Below are positions 28,621 through 38,009 of a stretch of 64,000 bases of DNA, in pieces. Within the stretch, counting starts at the first letter, position 1. Each line of letters begins with the position of its first letter. The position numbers and the translations under genes were made by a program. The stretch spans positions 205,566 to 269,565 of the forward strand of contig JAAXWF010000002.1 in assembly GCA_013335095.1 (NCBI GenBank), read 5' to 3'. The notes under the pieces are model-generated. The model searched no databases, was not told where the DNA came from, and saw only the letters and a program-made list of their open reading frames with translations. The DNA comes from a candidate division WWE3 bacterium. Lineage in GTDB: Bacteria; Patescibacteriota; 4484-211; GCA-002791395.

Positions 28621-29904
28621 TTACTTATTTTTCCATGGATTTTGAGAGCTTATTGCTCCTAAATAGGGTCGTGATAGCAAGAACTGTTTTAATATAGACC
28701 GAATTTCGTCCTCGGTTATCATCGATGCTATCTGTACGTACTCTTGGGGTACAACTATTCGATCTTCATAAAAAAGCTCGGTTAAAAACATATCTGCAAT
28801 ATCCGAGATTGAATCAAATCGCATCATTGTACGCAGTCCCATATATTTACGAGCTCGATCGACATCTTCTGATGGGATTGGTTCACTAATAAACGAATTA
28901 AGCACCTGATTAATAACCGCGACGACCTCATCGACCTGGTCATTTGCAACTGAGGCGGCGACTTCAAAGATCCCGATATTCGGTAAAAACCAATAATCAC
29001 TATCTATCGAATAGACTAAACCGAGGCGCTGTCTTAATTCACGAAATAAACGGGCTTGGTGTGATCCACCGATCAGATATGAAGCTAAGTTTAATGCAAT
29101 TTCTTGACGCAAAGTCCATTGATCGGTATCAGTAATCATCCAACGCAGTACTAAACCGGTACTTTTAGATGCCATCTTATGCCAAATATATTGATCTTGT
29201 TTTGGTTTTGGAGGAATTATCGGCACATTAATGCGAGGATGCGGGGTTCGTGATTCAAGAATTGTAGAAAAGCGCTCAAGTACATGGTCGCAGTCGAATC
29301 GTCCGACGACTCCCACCACCATTTGCGCTGGAGTAATAAACCGATCGTGCAATGAGCGTAAACCCGCACACGTTGCTTTCGATATAGTCTCTAGCGATCC
29401 AATCGGTGATTGATTATATATATGCGAAGGTCCCAGCATCCGTTTTGAATATTTTTTCTCAAATAGTCGTGAAGGACTGAAATTAAGATCTTTGTATTCC
29501 TGAGTGATTACTTTTATCTCTCGTTGAAGTTCGGATTCGGGGAAAGTCGGGTTAAATATCCGTTCTTCCAGCAATGTTAATGCCGGCTCAATCGATTGGT
29601 AGGGAAGTTTAAACAAATACACAATACTTCGTCCAGAGGTTACCGCATTACTACTAATTGCATGTGATTCTTCAAATTCATTCAATGTTTCAATATTGGG
29701 AAACAAAGCCGTTCCCTGAAACGACATGTGTTCAAGTAGATGAAACAGGCCTAACTGAGAACGCGATTCATACCAAGAACCAGCATGGAACATTACCCGA
29801 ATTACAACAGTCCGAACTTCTTCCATTGGATACAACAAAATATTTGCATCATGGACGACGGTATGAAAAGGTTTCTTGACCGCATCAAAAACTGTTTGGT
29901 CCAT
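28621..29904 (-). CDS. M16 family (insulinase-like) zinc peptidase
   Basis: HLLEH inverted zinc motif; RLFRELRQRLGLVY. Confidence 0.92.
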   Translation of the reverse strand: MDQTVFDAVKKPFHTVVHDANILLYPMEEVRTVVIRVMFHAGSWYESRSQLGLFHLLEHMSFQGTALFPNIETLNEFEESHAISSNAVTSGRSIVYLFKLPYQSIEPALTLLEERIFNPTFPESELQREIKVITQEYKDLNFSPSRLFEKKYSKRMLGPSHIYNQSPIGSLETISKATCAGLRSLHDRFITPAQMVVGVVGRFDCDHVLERFSTILESRTPHPRINVPIIPPKPKQDQYIWHKMASKSTGLVLRWMITDTDQWTLRQEIALNLASYLIGGSHQARLFRELRQRLGLVYSIDSDYWFLPNIGIFEVAASVANDQVDEVVAVINQVLNSFISEPIPSEDVDRARKYMGLRTMMRFDSISDIADMFLTELFYEDRIVVPQEYVQIASMITEDEIRSILKQFLLSRPYLGAISSQNPWKNK

Positions 29905-29908
29905 ATTT

Positions 29909-30298
29909 TTATGAGAAAAAATCCAAATAAATACCCCAAATCAGGGCGATGGCAGACATTATAAAGATAAATATCGAGTTAACTTTTTCTTTTGATGAAA
30001 GTAGGGTACCAAAAATATAATCCATTGCTTCTTTTTCGTCAGTTGTTAATCCCGAAAGCGAGTTCACTTTACTTTTTAAATCATATTGTTGAATGAGCTT
30101 GGCCCGTTTAGCCGAGATTTGATATCGATGAACAAAGTAAAAAATAAATCCGATTGTTCCAATATACCACGCAATTTGAGACCAAAATGTATTGTAATAG
30201 TTTAGAACGACGATAATCCGATACGCAAAAGTCGCGATAATACCCATCCAAAAATAAAATAAGCGGACGGGCTTTGAATGATATGTCGGCTTTTCCAT
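29909..30298 (-). CDS. Small membrane protein
   Basis: Three hydrophobic helices; operon spacing. Confidence 0.7.
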   Translation of the reverse strand: MEKPTYHSKPVRLFYFWMGIIATFAYRIIVVLNYYNTFWSQIAWYIGTIGFIFYFVHRYQISAKRAKLIQQYDLKSKVNSLSGLTTDEKEAMDYIFGTLLSSKEKVNSIFIFIMSAIALIWGIYLDFFS

Positions 30299-30315
30299 CT
30301 TTGGATTATCTTACA

Positions 30316-31068
30316 CTAAATTCGTAACGCATAATAGGTTGTAATTATAAGCGTTATCGCTATCGCAATAATTAGAATGACAATAGTTCGTCTTCCTGGG
30401 CGAAATATTTTTTGCTGTCGCTCTAAATCAATAAACCAAATTTTCTTCTGCGTCTTATACACTAAAATAGCCAAACCGACTAACGCTAATAGGAATATTA
30501 CCGGAAGGATCCCGACAAAGAACACTTTTCCAAAGATAGCGACCATCCCATTAATGATGATAAAAACCAACCGCATTTCGGATGTTCCAAAACCATAGTA
30601 GGAGATTCGAAAATCGCCGGTAACTCCAAACTCCAGAAAGGCACTAACCATAAATCCACTAAATAAGGCCAAGGTAAAGAACAATACGTAGTACCATTCC
30701 GGCGGAATTAAAAACGAATACCCAATCAGAATCGCGCACAAGAAAATATAATCAAAGAAATGGTCCATGAAGTATCCCCACTTAACTAATCCGGTATTGC
30801 GATATCGGCCGACCGCACCATCGAGCATATCTGCAATATGTTGGGATGCGATTGCTGCAGAGGTTAGCCATAACCACGCTTCATTAGAATTAGCCAAATA
30901 CCCCGTAAGGATAATTAATGCGGAGAATGGAATCGTTAATAACGTTAAATGATATGTTTCGATACCTTTTGGTACAAGCGGAGTTGCCCATTTAATAAAC
31001 CGCTTCTCTAGGCTTTGTAACATATACGTATCGACTTTTTCGGCACCGCGAAACTTAGTATCTCCCAC
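30316..31068 (-). CDS. CDP-alcohol phosphatidyltransferase family protein
   Basis: DMLDGAVGR...GYFMDHFFD matches DxxDGxxAR...GxxxDxxxD. Confidence 0.88.
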   Translation of the reverse strand: MGDTKFRGAEKVDTYMLQSLEKRFIKWATPLVPKGIETYHLTLLTIPFSALIILTGYLANSNEAWLWLTSAAIASQHIADMLDGAVGRYRNTGLVKWGYFMDHFFDYIFLCAILIGYSFLIPPEWYYVLFFTLALFSGFMVSAFLEFGVTGDFRISYYGFGTSEMRLVFIIINGMVAIFGKVFFVGILPVIFLLALVGLAILVYKTQKKIWFIDLERQQKIFRPGRRTIVILIIAIAITLIITTYYALRI

Positions 31069-31128
31069 ATGAATATTATACGCGTTCTTACAATCTTAAC
31101 GCAAAATATCGATGATACAATTAAACCC

Positions 31129-32391
31129 ATGCCGGATATGGTTTTAAAAGTATCTGAATTTAATGAACTCATTCATACGTATTTATCGCAAAGTAAAGTC
31201 TTCACCATCGCGGGTGAAATAAGCCAACTCAAAATAAGTCAAAACAAGTGGGTATTCATGACCATAAAAGATGAATCGGCAAGTCTAGACGTATTTGGCA
31301 CAATTTTTCAAATTACCAACTATAAATTACTCGAAGAGGGGATGCAGGTCCATGTTTATGGTATCCCTGGTTTATACGTAAAAACTGGTCGATTCAGTCT
31401 GCAAGCAAGCCAAGTGATACCAAGTGGAGATGGGTCGCTAAAAATTGCATATGAAAAACTTAAGCTACAGCTCGAAAAAGAAGGACTTTTTGATCGTGCA
31501 CGAAAACGCACTCTCCCCGAATATCCAGAACGAATTGGCTTGATAACCGCGAAAGGATCTCAGGCCTACAATGATTTTGTAAAAGTATTGGCCGAGCGAT
31601 GGGGGGGAATCAAAATCTATTTCCTTCCTGTACAAGTACAAGGAAACGCTGCGGTTAAATCTGTGTGTCAGGCAATTGAATATATGAACGGAGCGCATCC
31701 GGATATTGACGTATTAGTTGTAACAAGAGGAGGCGGGAGCTTGGAAGATTTAATTGCATTTAATGATGAGAACGTAGTCCGCTCAATTTTTGCATCTCGA
31801 ATTCCAGTAGTTAGTGCCATCGGACATGAAGGAGATGTCAGTCTTAGTGATATGGTAGCTGATTTAAGAGCTTCAACGCCATCCAATGCAGCCCAACTTA
31901 TTGTTAAAGATCGGGCAGAATTAAAAAAATTAATAATCCATCGACAGCAGATGCTTGGTAAACTCATGGATCAAAAAGTATTAACACTCAGACACCGAGT
32001 AAAACACGGCGTCGAAAAAATGTCGGGACAGATGCAGATGCAAACAAATCGTTTTCACAAACAGCTCCATCTGTTTAATCATCATCTGTTACGGTTCGAA
32101 CAAAGACGCCAAGAATTCAGAACCAGAATATATACCAATGTCGTTAGGTTGAACAAATCAATAGATATTTGGTTAGAAAGACACATGGTGCAAATTCAGA
32201 ACCAAACCAAACTTCTTAAATCACTTGATTACCAACGAATTTTACAAAGAGGTTTCAGCATCACCAGACGCAATGATGGTACAATCATTAGGAGTATCCA
32301 AGACCTACCAGAAGGCGCAACACTTATCACAACAATTTCAGATGGTGTTGTGTATTCTAGTGTTGATGAGATAAAAATAAATCATGAATGA
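31129..32391 (+). CDS. xseA: Exodeoxyribonuclease VII large subunit
   Basis: GEISQ, RGGGSLEDL, SAIGHEGD, STPSNAA, ILQRGFSI; start re-called at ATG 31129. Confidence 0.95.
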   Translation: MPDMVLKVSEFNELIHTYLSQSKVFTIAGEISQLKISQNKWVFMTIKDESASLDVFGTIFQITNYKLLEEGMQVHVYGIPGLYVKTGRFSLQASQVIPSGDGSLKIAYEKLKLQLEKEGLFDRARKRTLPEYPERIGLITAKGSQAYNDFVKVLAERWGGIKIYFLPVQVQGNAAVKSVCQAIEYMNGAHPDIDVLVVTRGGGSLEDLIAFNDENVVRSIFASRIPVVSAIGHEGDVSLSDMVADLRASTPSNAAQLIVKDRAELKKLIIHRQQMLGKLMDQKVLTLRHRVKHGVEKMSGQMQMQTNRFHKQLHLFNHHLLRFEQRRQEFRTRIYTNVVRLNKSIDIWLERHMVQIQNQTKLLKSLDYQRILQRGFSITRRNDGTIIRSIQDLPEGATLITTISDGVVYSSVDEIKINHE

Positions 32392-32638
32392 CACGACACC
32401 AGCACCAAGTGAATTTACAAAATCATTAGCCGAATTTGAGTCGATTATTCGAGAATTTGATCGAGATCAGGTTGATTTAGAACAGGGGATACCTAAATTT
32501 AAACGTGGTAACGAACTGGCTCGATTGCTACTGAATCGCTTATCTCAGATTGAAAATGAGATTAAAGAAATCAAAGCTGAGTTTGCTGATCTTGAAGAGC
32601 AATCCGCAACGCCATCCGATAGTGAGTTATCTGAATAA
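32384..32638 (+). CDS. xseB: Exodeoxyribonuclease VII small subunit
   Basis: Overlaps the xseA end; F---L---E-II...LEQ...F-RG-EL pattern. Confidence 0.85.
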   Translation: MNDTTPAPSEFTKSLAEFESIIREFDRDQVDLEQGIPKFKRGNELARLLLNRLSQIENEIKEIKAEFADLEEQSATPSDSELSE

Positions 32639-32651
32639 CAGTTAGACAGAC

Positions 32652-33179
32652 ATGGCACGTCTTTTTGTTGGTATACCAATTTCAGAAAAACTTCAAAGAA
32701 TTATTATCGATTGGCAACAACAACACTCTTTTTCTGAATCAGTCCGATGGATAAAACCGGAAAATCTCCATATAACATTAATACCACCCTGGGAAACGAA
32801 TTCTGTTCATGAGACTATCAAAAAAGTATCATCCTGGGAGTCGCCAACGTTAGGATTTGATATTAAATTCGATACAATTACATTTGGACACGCGCACCCA
32901 AATCCTTCGGTTATTTGGGCAACGGGACAAACACCTGAATCTCTTTTACTAATACGAAGTTCACTCCATTCAATTGTCCCGAATAATGCCGAAAAAAATC
33001 AACATTTTTTAATGCATACCACCATCGGTCGGATGAATTGGAAATTTCATAGTGAATTTACACTAAACAAGCAAATTAATTGGAAAGAAACGATACACAC
33101 TATCTGTTTATATGAATCAAAGCTTTTACCAACCGGGGCAGAATACAGTAAGCTTAAAGAGATACAATTAGAAAATTAA
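32652..33179 (+). CDS. thpR: RNA 2',3'-cyclic phosphodiesterase (2H family)
   Basis: RLFVGI, LHITL, HTTIGR, LYESKL. Confidence 0.88.
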   Translation: MARLFVGIPISEKLQRIIIDWQQQHSFSESVRWIKPENLHITLIPPWETNSVHETIKKVSSWESPTLGFDIKFDTITFGHAHPNPSVIWATGQTPESLLLIRSSLHSIVPNNAEKNQHFLMHTTIGRMNWKFHSEFTLNKQINWKETIHTICLYESKLLPTGAEYSKLKEIQLEN

Positions 33180-33180
33180 A

Positions 33181-33810
33181 TCACGGCCACGGCTTGTCGT
33201 TACGGTACAATTTTTTAAGAACAGCATTACCTTTTCCATCAACGCTTACAACGGCTTGAGTAGGACCATTACTACCCCAAGCTGTCGTTCCGGTGCCTTC
33301 AGGAATATAGTATTCTTCAATACCGTACTCAATTGTTGCGGTGATAAAATACGATGGTGCAGTTTTATATGAATTGTAGGTATCAGTACTATCCATAGGA
33401 ACTAAATCGCGATAACCATCATAGCTGCTTCTATCCACATATGTCACATGACCTTTAATAAAGGTACCCGATTTTGGCATGACAGTCGATACAGAACCCG
33501 ATTCTGGCTGCCATGTTTTTCCATAACGACGTAATGGAACATATATTGTGTCACCAAGCTGAACGTTTTGGTTTTCAAAATAATATGAATCAAGCCGGGT
33601 TAGATCTGTATATTCAAAGGTAACATAATCACCCCGTAACGGATCTCGAGGATCAACTGGATTAATCGATAAAACGACTTCGGTGCCGCCTGCTACAACC
33701 AAAAATTTAAATAATATTAGTAAAAATATTACCGAGACCTGGAGCACTAACGCAGCCAGAAATCGCTGTGTGTTTGTAGTTGATTTTAGATAATTAAGTA
33801 CACTATTCAT
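33181..33810 (-). CDS. GDYXXLXY-domain membrane-anchored protein
   Basis: PVDPRDPLRGDYVTFEY; YGIEEYYIPEG. Confidence 0.88.
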   Translation of the reverse strand: MNSVLNYLKSTTNTQRFLAALVLQVSVIFLLILFKFLVVAGGTEVVLSINPVDPRDPLRGDYVTFEYTDLTRLDSYYFENQNVQLGDTIYVPLRRYGKTWQPESGSVSTVMPKSGTFIKGHVTYVDRSSYDGYRDLVPMDSTDTYNSYKTAPSYFITATIEYGIEEYYIPEGTGTTAWGSNGPTQAVVSVDGKGNAVLKKLYRNDKPWP

Positions 33811-33812
33811 AA

Positions 33813-34961
33813 TTATTCAGCTTTTTTAGATAACACCGTAGAAAGGACTTGACGTCGTCCTTTCTCCATCAAATAACCGATTACAAATAAGATTACTCCT
33901 GCACTGATAAAGAATAAACTTTTATCAAGGAAGGAGAAGAACCAATCGAAGTATTTAATCGCAATAAGGATAAAAAGAAGCAAGGTTCCTAAATTGATCA
34001 TACCAATATCTCGGTGAACGTATCCGATGAAAATAATGCCAAGAACCTCTACAAAAACTAACACATTGAAAAGTAAGATCCAAAACATTTGTACATCAGT
34101 ATACGTTTGCGCATAGCCATAATAGTCACTATAAGAACCCGTGGGTAACATTGATGCCGGTACAATTGACAGCATTAGAAATACCAGAGTCAATCCAGAC
34201 AATGCGATAACTTCATAATTATTCAGTAAACCGTGCTGAACGGCATAGCCCATCGAGAATACAATAATGCTCCCAAAGACAATGAATGATAATACAAATG
34301 GTGTGTAGGTCCATGGTAATCCACCAGAAGACAGTGCACCCAATAATTCAGTTACCCCAGCTTGAGTAGAAAATATAAATAATACGAGCGTTATAAACAA
34401 TAACCCGACCATTGTGTATACAAATGAGAACCGTCCCCATTGAAAATGAGCCTTATGGATATAACCGATTATGTATAAGGCGATTGCAATTAAGGCGAGT
34501 CCGATAATGATGCTCAGTGGACGAACTGGGTATTCACCATAAACGGCAATACGTCCCATATCAGGTTGAGACCAGAAAAAGATCCAATCAGACGCTTTTA
34601 ATGCCCACCAAAACATACCTCCTCCTAAAGCTATCGGTAATAAATAAACGCTTTTAAGTAAGTACGAGGCGATAAAGAAGACGGCAATCGAACTTAAAGT
34701 AATCCACCACAAGCTAATGGGATGACCTAATTCTCGATTTATAGCAATTAAAAGATTCGCCACAAAAAAGAATCCAATCACATAGAGCAATTGGCTTAAA
34801 ATATCCTCTTTTCTTAAATGGACGTTGATCGGCATACCTAAGGTTTTTTGACGATTTCTAGCCGTCCAAAAGAAAATTGCTCCAATAATCAATAATGGTG
34901 ACGAAAGGATACTGCCTATAGAAAAAATAACATTGTAATAAAAGCTATCACCTAAAAACAT
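33813..34961 (-). CDS. Polytopic membrane protein (DUF2157-related)
   Basis: About 11 TM helices; C-terminal KYFDWF...KSLFFISAG; in an operon with the GDYXXLXY gene. Confidence 0.7.
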   Translation of the reverse strand: MFLGDSFYYNVIFSIGSILSSPLLIIGAIFFWTARNRQKTLGMPINVHLRKEDILSQLLYVIGFFFVANLLIAINRELGHPISLWWITLSSIAVFFIASYLLKSVYLLPIALGGGMFWWALKASDWIFFWSQPDMGRIAVYGEYPVRPLSIIIGLALIAIALYIIGYIHKAHFQWGRFSFVYTMVGLLFITLVLFIFSTQAGVTELLGALSSGGLPWTYTPFVLSFIVFGSIIVFSMGYAVQHGLLNNYEVIALSGLTLVFLMLSIVPASMLPTGSYSDYYGYAQTYTDVQMFWILLFNVLVFVEVLGIIFIGYVHRDIGMINLGTLLLFILIAIKYFDWFFSFLDKSLFFISAGVILFVIGYLMEKGRRQVLSTVLSKKAE

Positions 34962-35657
34962 TTAGTAAACTTCCTCCATTTCATTGTCGAAAAGATTACG
35001 TCGAATTATCCAACCGCCCCCAATAGTGGAAATACTTGCCAATAATAAAATAAATACCGATGTTACTAATGTTGTTTGATGGCCAGCAATAGACTCAAGA
35101 AGAACGATTGGGTAACCGATAACACTGACCATTCCCACAATAACCCCAACCGTTACGATTAAAAGTGAATTGATGGCAAGTCCCATTACGATAGATCCAA
35201 TTAACCACAAGATAAACCCATCCGGCCAATTCGCTGATATATGGAAAATCTGACCAACGAGAAAGATTCCACCACCATAAATTAAATTACCGAGCAACAA
35301 AAGTGCATTGCCTGTTTTTACATAGTCTCGGGCCTCTCTAAACCACCAGCCCAAACCATATGCGGCTGACATTCCCATCAAAATAACGAGTACTTTTACT
35401 TCGCTTGGCAATAATTGCCAATTACTCGCGATAAACGAAAACATACCGGCACCAACTAATATCGCGCCGCCTAAAACGATATAGTTAATTGTTCGCTTTT
35501 GAGCATCTTCGGGAGACGTTTGAGATTCGATAATTGAAAAAGCACGATTGATTTCATCAACTGAGGATCCATTCGTTAACTGGATTTTGAAGATCTGTTC
35601 TTTAGTTTTTCCTGATTCTAGAGCTGATTTTATACTATCAACTAAAGTATTTGTCAT
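34962..35657 (-). CDS. DUF2157-domain membrane protein
   Basis: GAILVGAGMFSFIASNW...IFLVGQIFH...LW. Confidence 0.82.
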   Translation of the reverse strand: MTNTLVDSIKSALESGKTKEQIFKIQLTNGSSVDEINRAFSIIESQTSPEDAQKRTINYIVLGGAILVGAGMFSFIASNWQLLPSEVKVLVILMGMSAAYGLGWWFREARDYVKTGNALLLLGNLIYGGGIFLVGQIFHISANWPDGFILWLIGSIVMGLAINSLLIVTVGVIVGMVSVIGYPIVLLESIAGHQTTLVTSVFILLLASISTIGGGWIIRRNLFDNEMEEVY

Positions 35658-35709
35658 TTAAGTAATTTTATTAGAACAAAATTACATATGCTTTGCAATA
35701 GGATAAACT

Positions 35710-36474
35710 TTATAGAGAAACAAATGTTAACACATCTGGAGTTGATGAATTTAATTTATAACCATTGCAATTGAATTGAGCCACTTCTGCGAGCGTATGG
35801 GCTTCTCTCTCAATTAAATATTGAACCAGCAGTCCACGAGCTTTTTTAGTCAAGATTCCATGATTATGTATTACGCCCTTAACTTGCTCCATAAACTCCA
35901 CCGTAATGACCGGAACAGGAAGTGCGGTAAAATCTATCGCGCGGGTATATTCAATAGATGCCAAATTTAAAACAAACGGGTGATTATGCTCTCGAATCTC
36001 TTCAGATAAATACTGAGTAATTGCCTTCTGCCAGAACTTATTTAACGACATGTTCTTACCAATCTTTAGCGTTGTTGTCATTTCTAGTCGATACGGCTGG
36101 ATTAAATCCATTGGACGAACGATTCCATATAACCCAGAGAGGATTCGCAGGGTTTGTGACGCGTATTTTATTTGAGAAGAGGTGTATGAAGTAGGTCTTA
36201 ATTGTCGATAAATATCACCATGATATGCAAACAAAGCTGGACGCGAATTAGCTTTGGTATGTTTGTACTGCCAATTACGGAAACGTTCATGATTTAGTTC
36301 AGCAATACTCTGACTAACGCCTAAAATAGTGGCTAATTTCTTTAACGGATACGAACGCAACAGATTAATTATTTGCTCGGACTGATCTAAAAAAAGTGGC
36401 AATGTCGGTACCAAATCATTTCGAAGAGGGGATTCAAAATCCATAGTCTTGGCCGATGTCGTTAGTATTATCAT
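35710..36474 (-). CDS. yaaA: Peroxide stress protein YaaA family
   Basis: AKTMD, ILSGLYG, PYRLEM, NLASIEY, KKARG. Confidence 0.92.
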   Translation of the reverse strand: MIILTTSAKTMDFESPLRNDLVPTLPLFLDQSEQIINLLRSYPLKKLATILGVSQSIAELNHERFRNWQYKHTKANSRPALFAYHGDIYRQLRPTSYTSSQIKYASQTLRILSGLYGIVRPMDLIQPYRLEMTTTLKIGKNMSLNKFWQKAITQYLSEEIREHNHPFVLNLASIEYTRAIDFTALPVPVITVEFMEQVKGVIHNHGILTKKARGLLVQYLIEREAHTLAEVAQFNCNGYKLNSSTPDVLTFVSL

Positions 36475-36482
36475 CTTAATAT

Positions 36483-37985
36483 CTAGATGCGATAACCCAT
36501 TTGCCGCGCCAAAAATTTCACTTGATCAACACTAAGCCCACTGAGATGGGTAAGGTTTTGTTCACGTAATGCTTTTATATTTGCTATTTTTTCACGAATA
36601 GCGACTTCCTCTTCTGCCGTAGGATGTTCTAAATCCTGGGCAACACGTCGGTTTGACTCATCTCGAAATTGCTGGCGTAGTTCATGAATACTCAACTGAT
36701 CTTCAATATCAGTTAGTCGTTGACGCGCGGCTCGACCATTTGCTTCAAAGTGTTGATATGACGTTTCGAGCTGCTGACGGAGCTCTTCTTTACGAGGATG
36801 ATCTACAACGGATGGGTGTTCCATCAATCGATTCAACACCTCCGGCATTAGTCGACCTTGCCAACGAATAAATCCTTCTTGGGTTTGCCACCATTCAAGC
36901 ATAGTTAGTGCTAAATGGCCCCTCTCTTCGGCGCTTAACGATTCAACACCACGCGCAACATTTTCTGACACGCCAATATTCAATTCTCGAAACTCCTTAT
37001 CTCCCTCACCAAAGGCAAGTTGCGGATTATATTCACGACCATACGGACCACGTAAATCAGATATGGCCAATGCGAACCCTCGCAATGAGCTTTCACTTTG
37101 TAGGTGCGGCTGAAAAAACATTGGGCCAGTGGTTTCATCATCAAGCCGAACACCCATGATTGCTTCGGGTTGGGTTGTTCTAATATCGCTTACGACCTCA
37201 TCACGAGAAACCGAAAAAACGGGTTCGCCATCGGGTGTTCTAAATCGGTCCAGCTGATCACCTAAGAGCTCACCGCTTTGGACCTCGTTATCACCCCGTT
37301 TTCGTAACCGGAATGAGCCACCTTCAAACATCTGAATGACATCATGGGCATAGGCTTCGAGTTCAAGGACGTCAAAATCCTCTTCGGTAACCGCTTCGGG
37401 GATGATCTCTTGAATCATCTGCAATATCTCGCGACTATATCCAGCGATCCGTTCGGCATGTTCAAGGTTATGAAACGGAAGCTCAGATCCCTCGACCCCG
37501 TAATGCTGACGTAATGCTTCACGCAGCATCTCGCGCATATATGAAACGGCATGTTGGCGATTTTCTACGACAACTTCGGTCTGCGGCATACGCAACCGTT
37601 CACCTCGGATACCTTGATTTCGATCAAACTCTTCACGCGATGGTAGACCAAGTAAAACTCTTTTTTGACGCGTAATTCGATTTATCGAGGCGGTACATTG
37701 ATCAATACGAGCTGGAAAATCATTACGGGAAATAATACCCTCGGACCCAAGATCTAATTCGGCACGATAACTCTCAAGTTCTTGCCGTTCATCGCTCATC
37801 GCATCGATAAGCTGTTGACGCAACTGCTCTTGCCTGACAATCTCTTGTTCGAGTTGCTCCAGTTCCCGAACAATCTCACCGGTCTGTTGCTCGGGAGACA
37901 CGTTAGTTTCCCCATTAGATTCAGCAGAATCAAGGGATTCCGGGGATCGATTATGTAATTCTTCGGAGGATGAATTCGCGTTCAT
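36483..37985 (-). CDS. Coiled-coil protein with HD-like phosphohydrolase domain
   Basis: FHNLEHA...AYAHDV...NE..S...ISDL. Confidence 0.6.
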   Translation of the reverse strand: MNANSSSEELHNRSPESLDSAESNGETNVSPEQQTGEIVRELEQLEQEIVRQEQLRQQLIDAMSDERQELESYRAELDLGSEGIISRNDFPARIDQCTASINRITRQKRVLLGLPSREEFDRNQGIRGERLRMPQTEVVVENRQHAVSYMREMLREALRQHYGVEGSELPFHNLEHAERIAGYSREILQMIQEIIPEAVTEEDFDVLELEAYAHDVIQMFEGGSFRLRKRGDNEVQSGELLGDQLDRFRTPDGEPVFSVSRDEVVSDIRTTQPEAIMGVRLDDETTGPMFFQPHLQSESSLRGFALAISDLRGPYGREYNPQLAFGEGDKEFRELNIGVSENVARGVESLSAEERGHLALTMLEWWQTQEGFIRWQGRLMPEVLNRLMEHPSVVDHPRKEELRQQLETSYQHFEANGRAARQRLTDIEDQLSIHELRQQFRDESNRRVAQDLEHPTAEEEVAIREKIANIKALREQNLTHLSGLSVDQVKFLARQMGYRI

Positions 37986-38009
37986 AGAATATATCTAATA
38001 GTACACGAA